A stretch of 64,000 bases of DNA from Phyllosticta citribraziliensis (taxonomy: Eukaryota): positions 2,356,001 to 2,420,000 of the forward strand of contig NW_027117340.1 in NCBI RefSeq assembly GCF_038025025.1. The letters run 5' to 3'. Both the position numbers and the translations under genes were made by a program. Below the pieces are notes generated by a model. The model was not told the DNA's origin, made no database searches, and saw only the letters and a program-made list of their open reading frames with translations. Numbering within the stretch: position 1 is the stretch's first letter; the number at the start of each line of letters is the position of its first letter. This document shows, piece by piece, positions 63,866 to 64,000 of the stretch.

Positions 63866-64000
63866 GTCGAGTCGAATGCGAATCAAGAAAGAAACAAAGG
63901 CACGGGTCGTTGTTTGCGGAAACAAAGGCGCAGGTGGACGTGGGGGGAGCTGTTGGAACTTTTTAGCGAGGCGAGTCAGAGCTGTACCACCATCGATCTG

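Overview
Eukaryotic DNA from a filamentous ascomycete. The evidence is short spliceosomal introns with CTRAC/CTAAT branch sites, GC-rich codon usage and Pezizomycotina-type proteins; a Dothideomycete is my impression, not proven. It looks like gene-dense core genome: about 22 protein-coding genes, one intron-containing tRNA-Met and many intergenic microsatellites. In order: Ybp1/glomulin-like (5'-partial), HAD dehalogenase, orphan RRM protein, ketopantoate reductase family, MFAP1, PPIL2/Cyp8, Cys-rich GPI protein, GH43, DUF676-type hydrolase, small orphan ORF, AIG2/GGCT-like, Cdc48, Sus1, Ste50, Chs7, AmdA/Klf1-like C2H2 factor, Cdc25 Ras-GEF, GH16, tRNA-Met(CAT), GGPP synthase, Aur1/Ipt1-like PAP2, Kre1-like GPI protein and Pol III subunit Rpc4. 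Exon structures were built by hand and frame-checked; family calls come from recognising motifs, with no database search. I see no transposon, secondary-metabolite cluster or clearly new multi-gene system. The best leads are small-scale: a GC-AG intron in chs7, an inverted PACE-like repeat upstream of cdc48, a probably catalytically altered GGCT-fold protein, an orphan RRM protein, and several possible translational-control features (uORFs, N-terminal extensions, stop readthrough).
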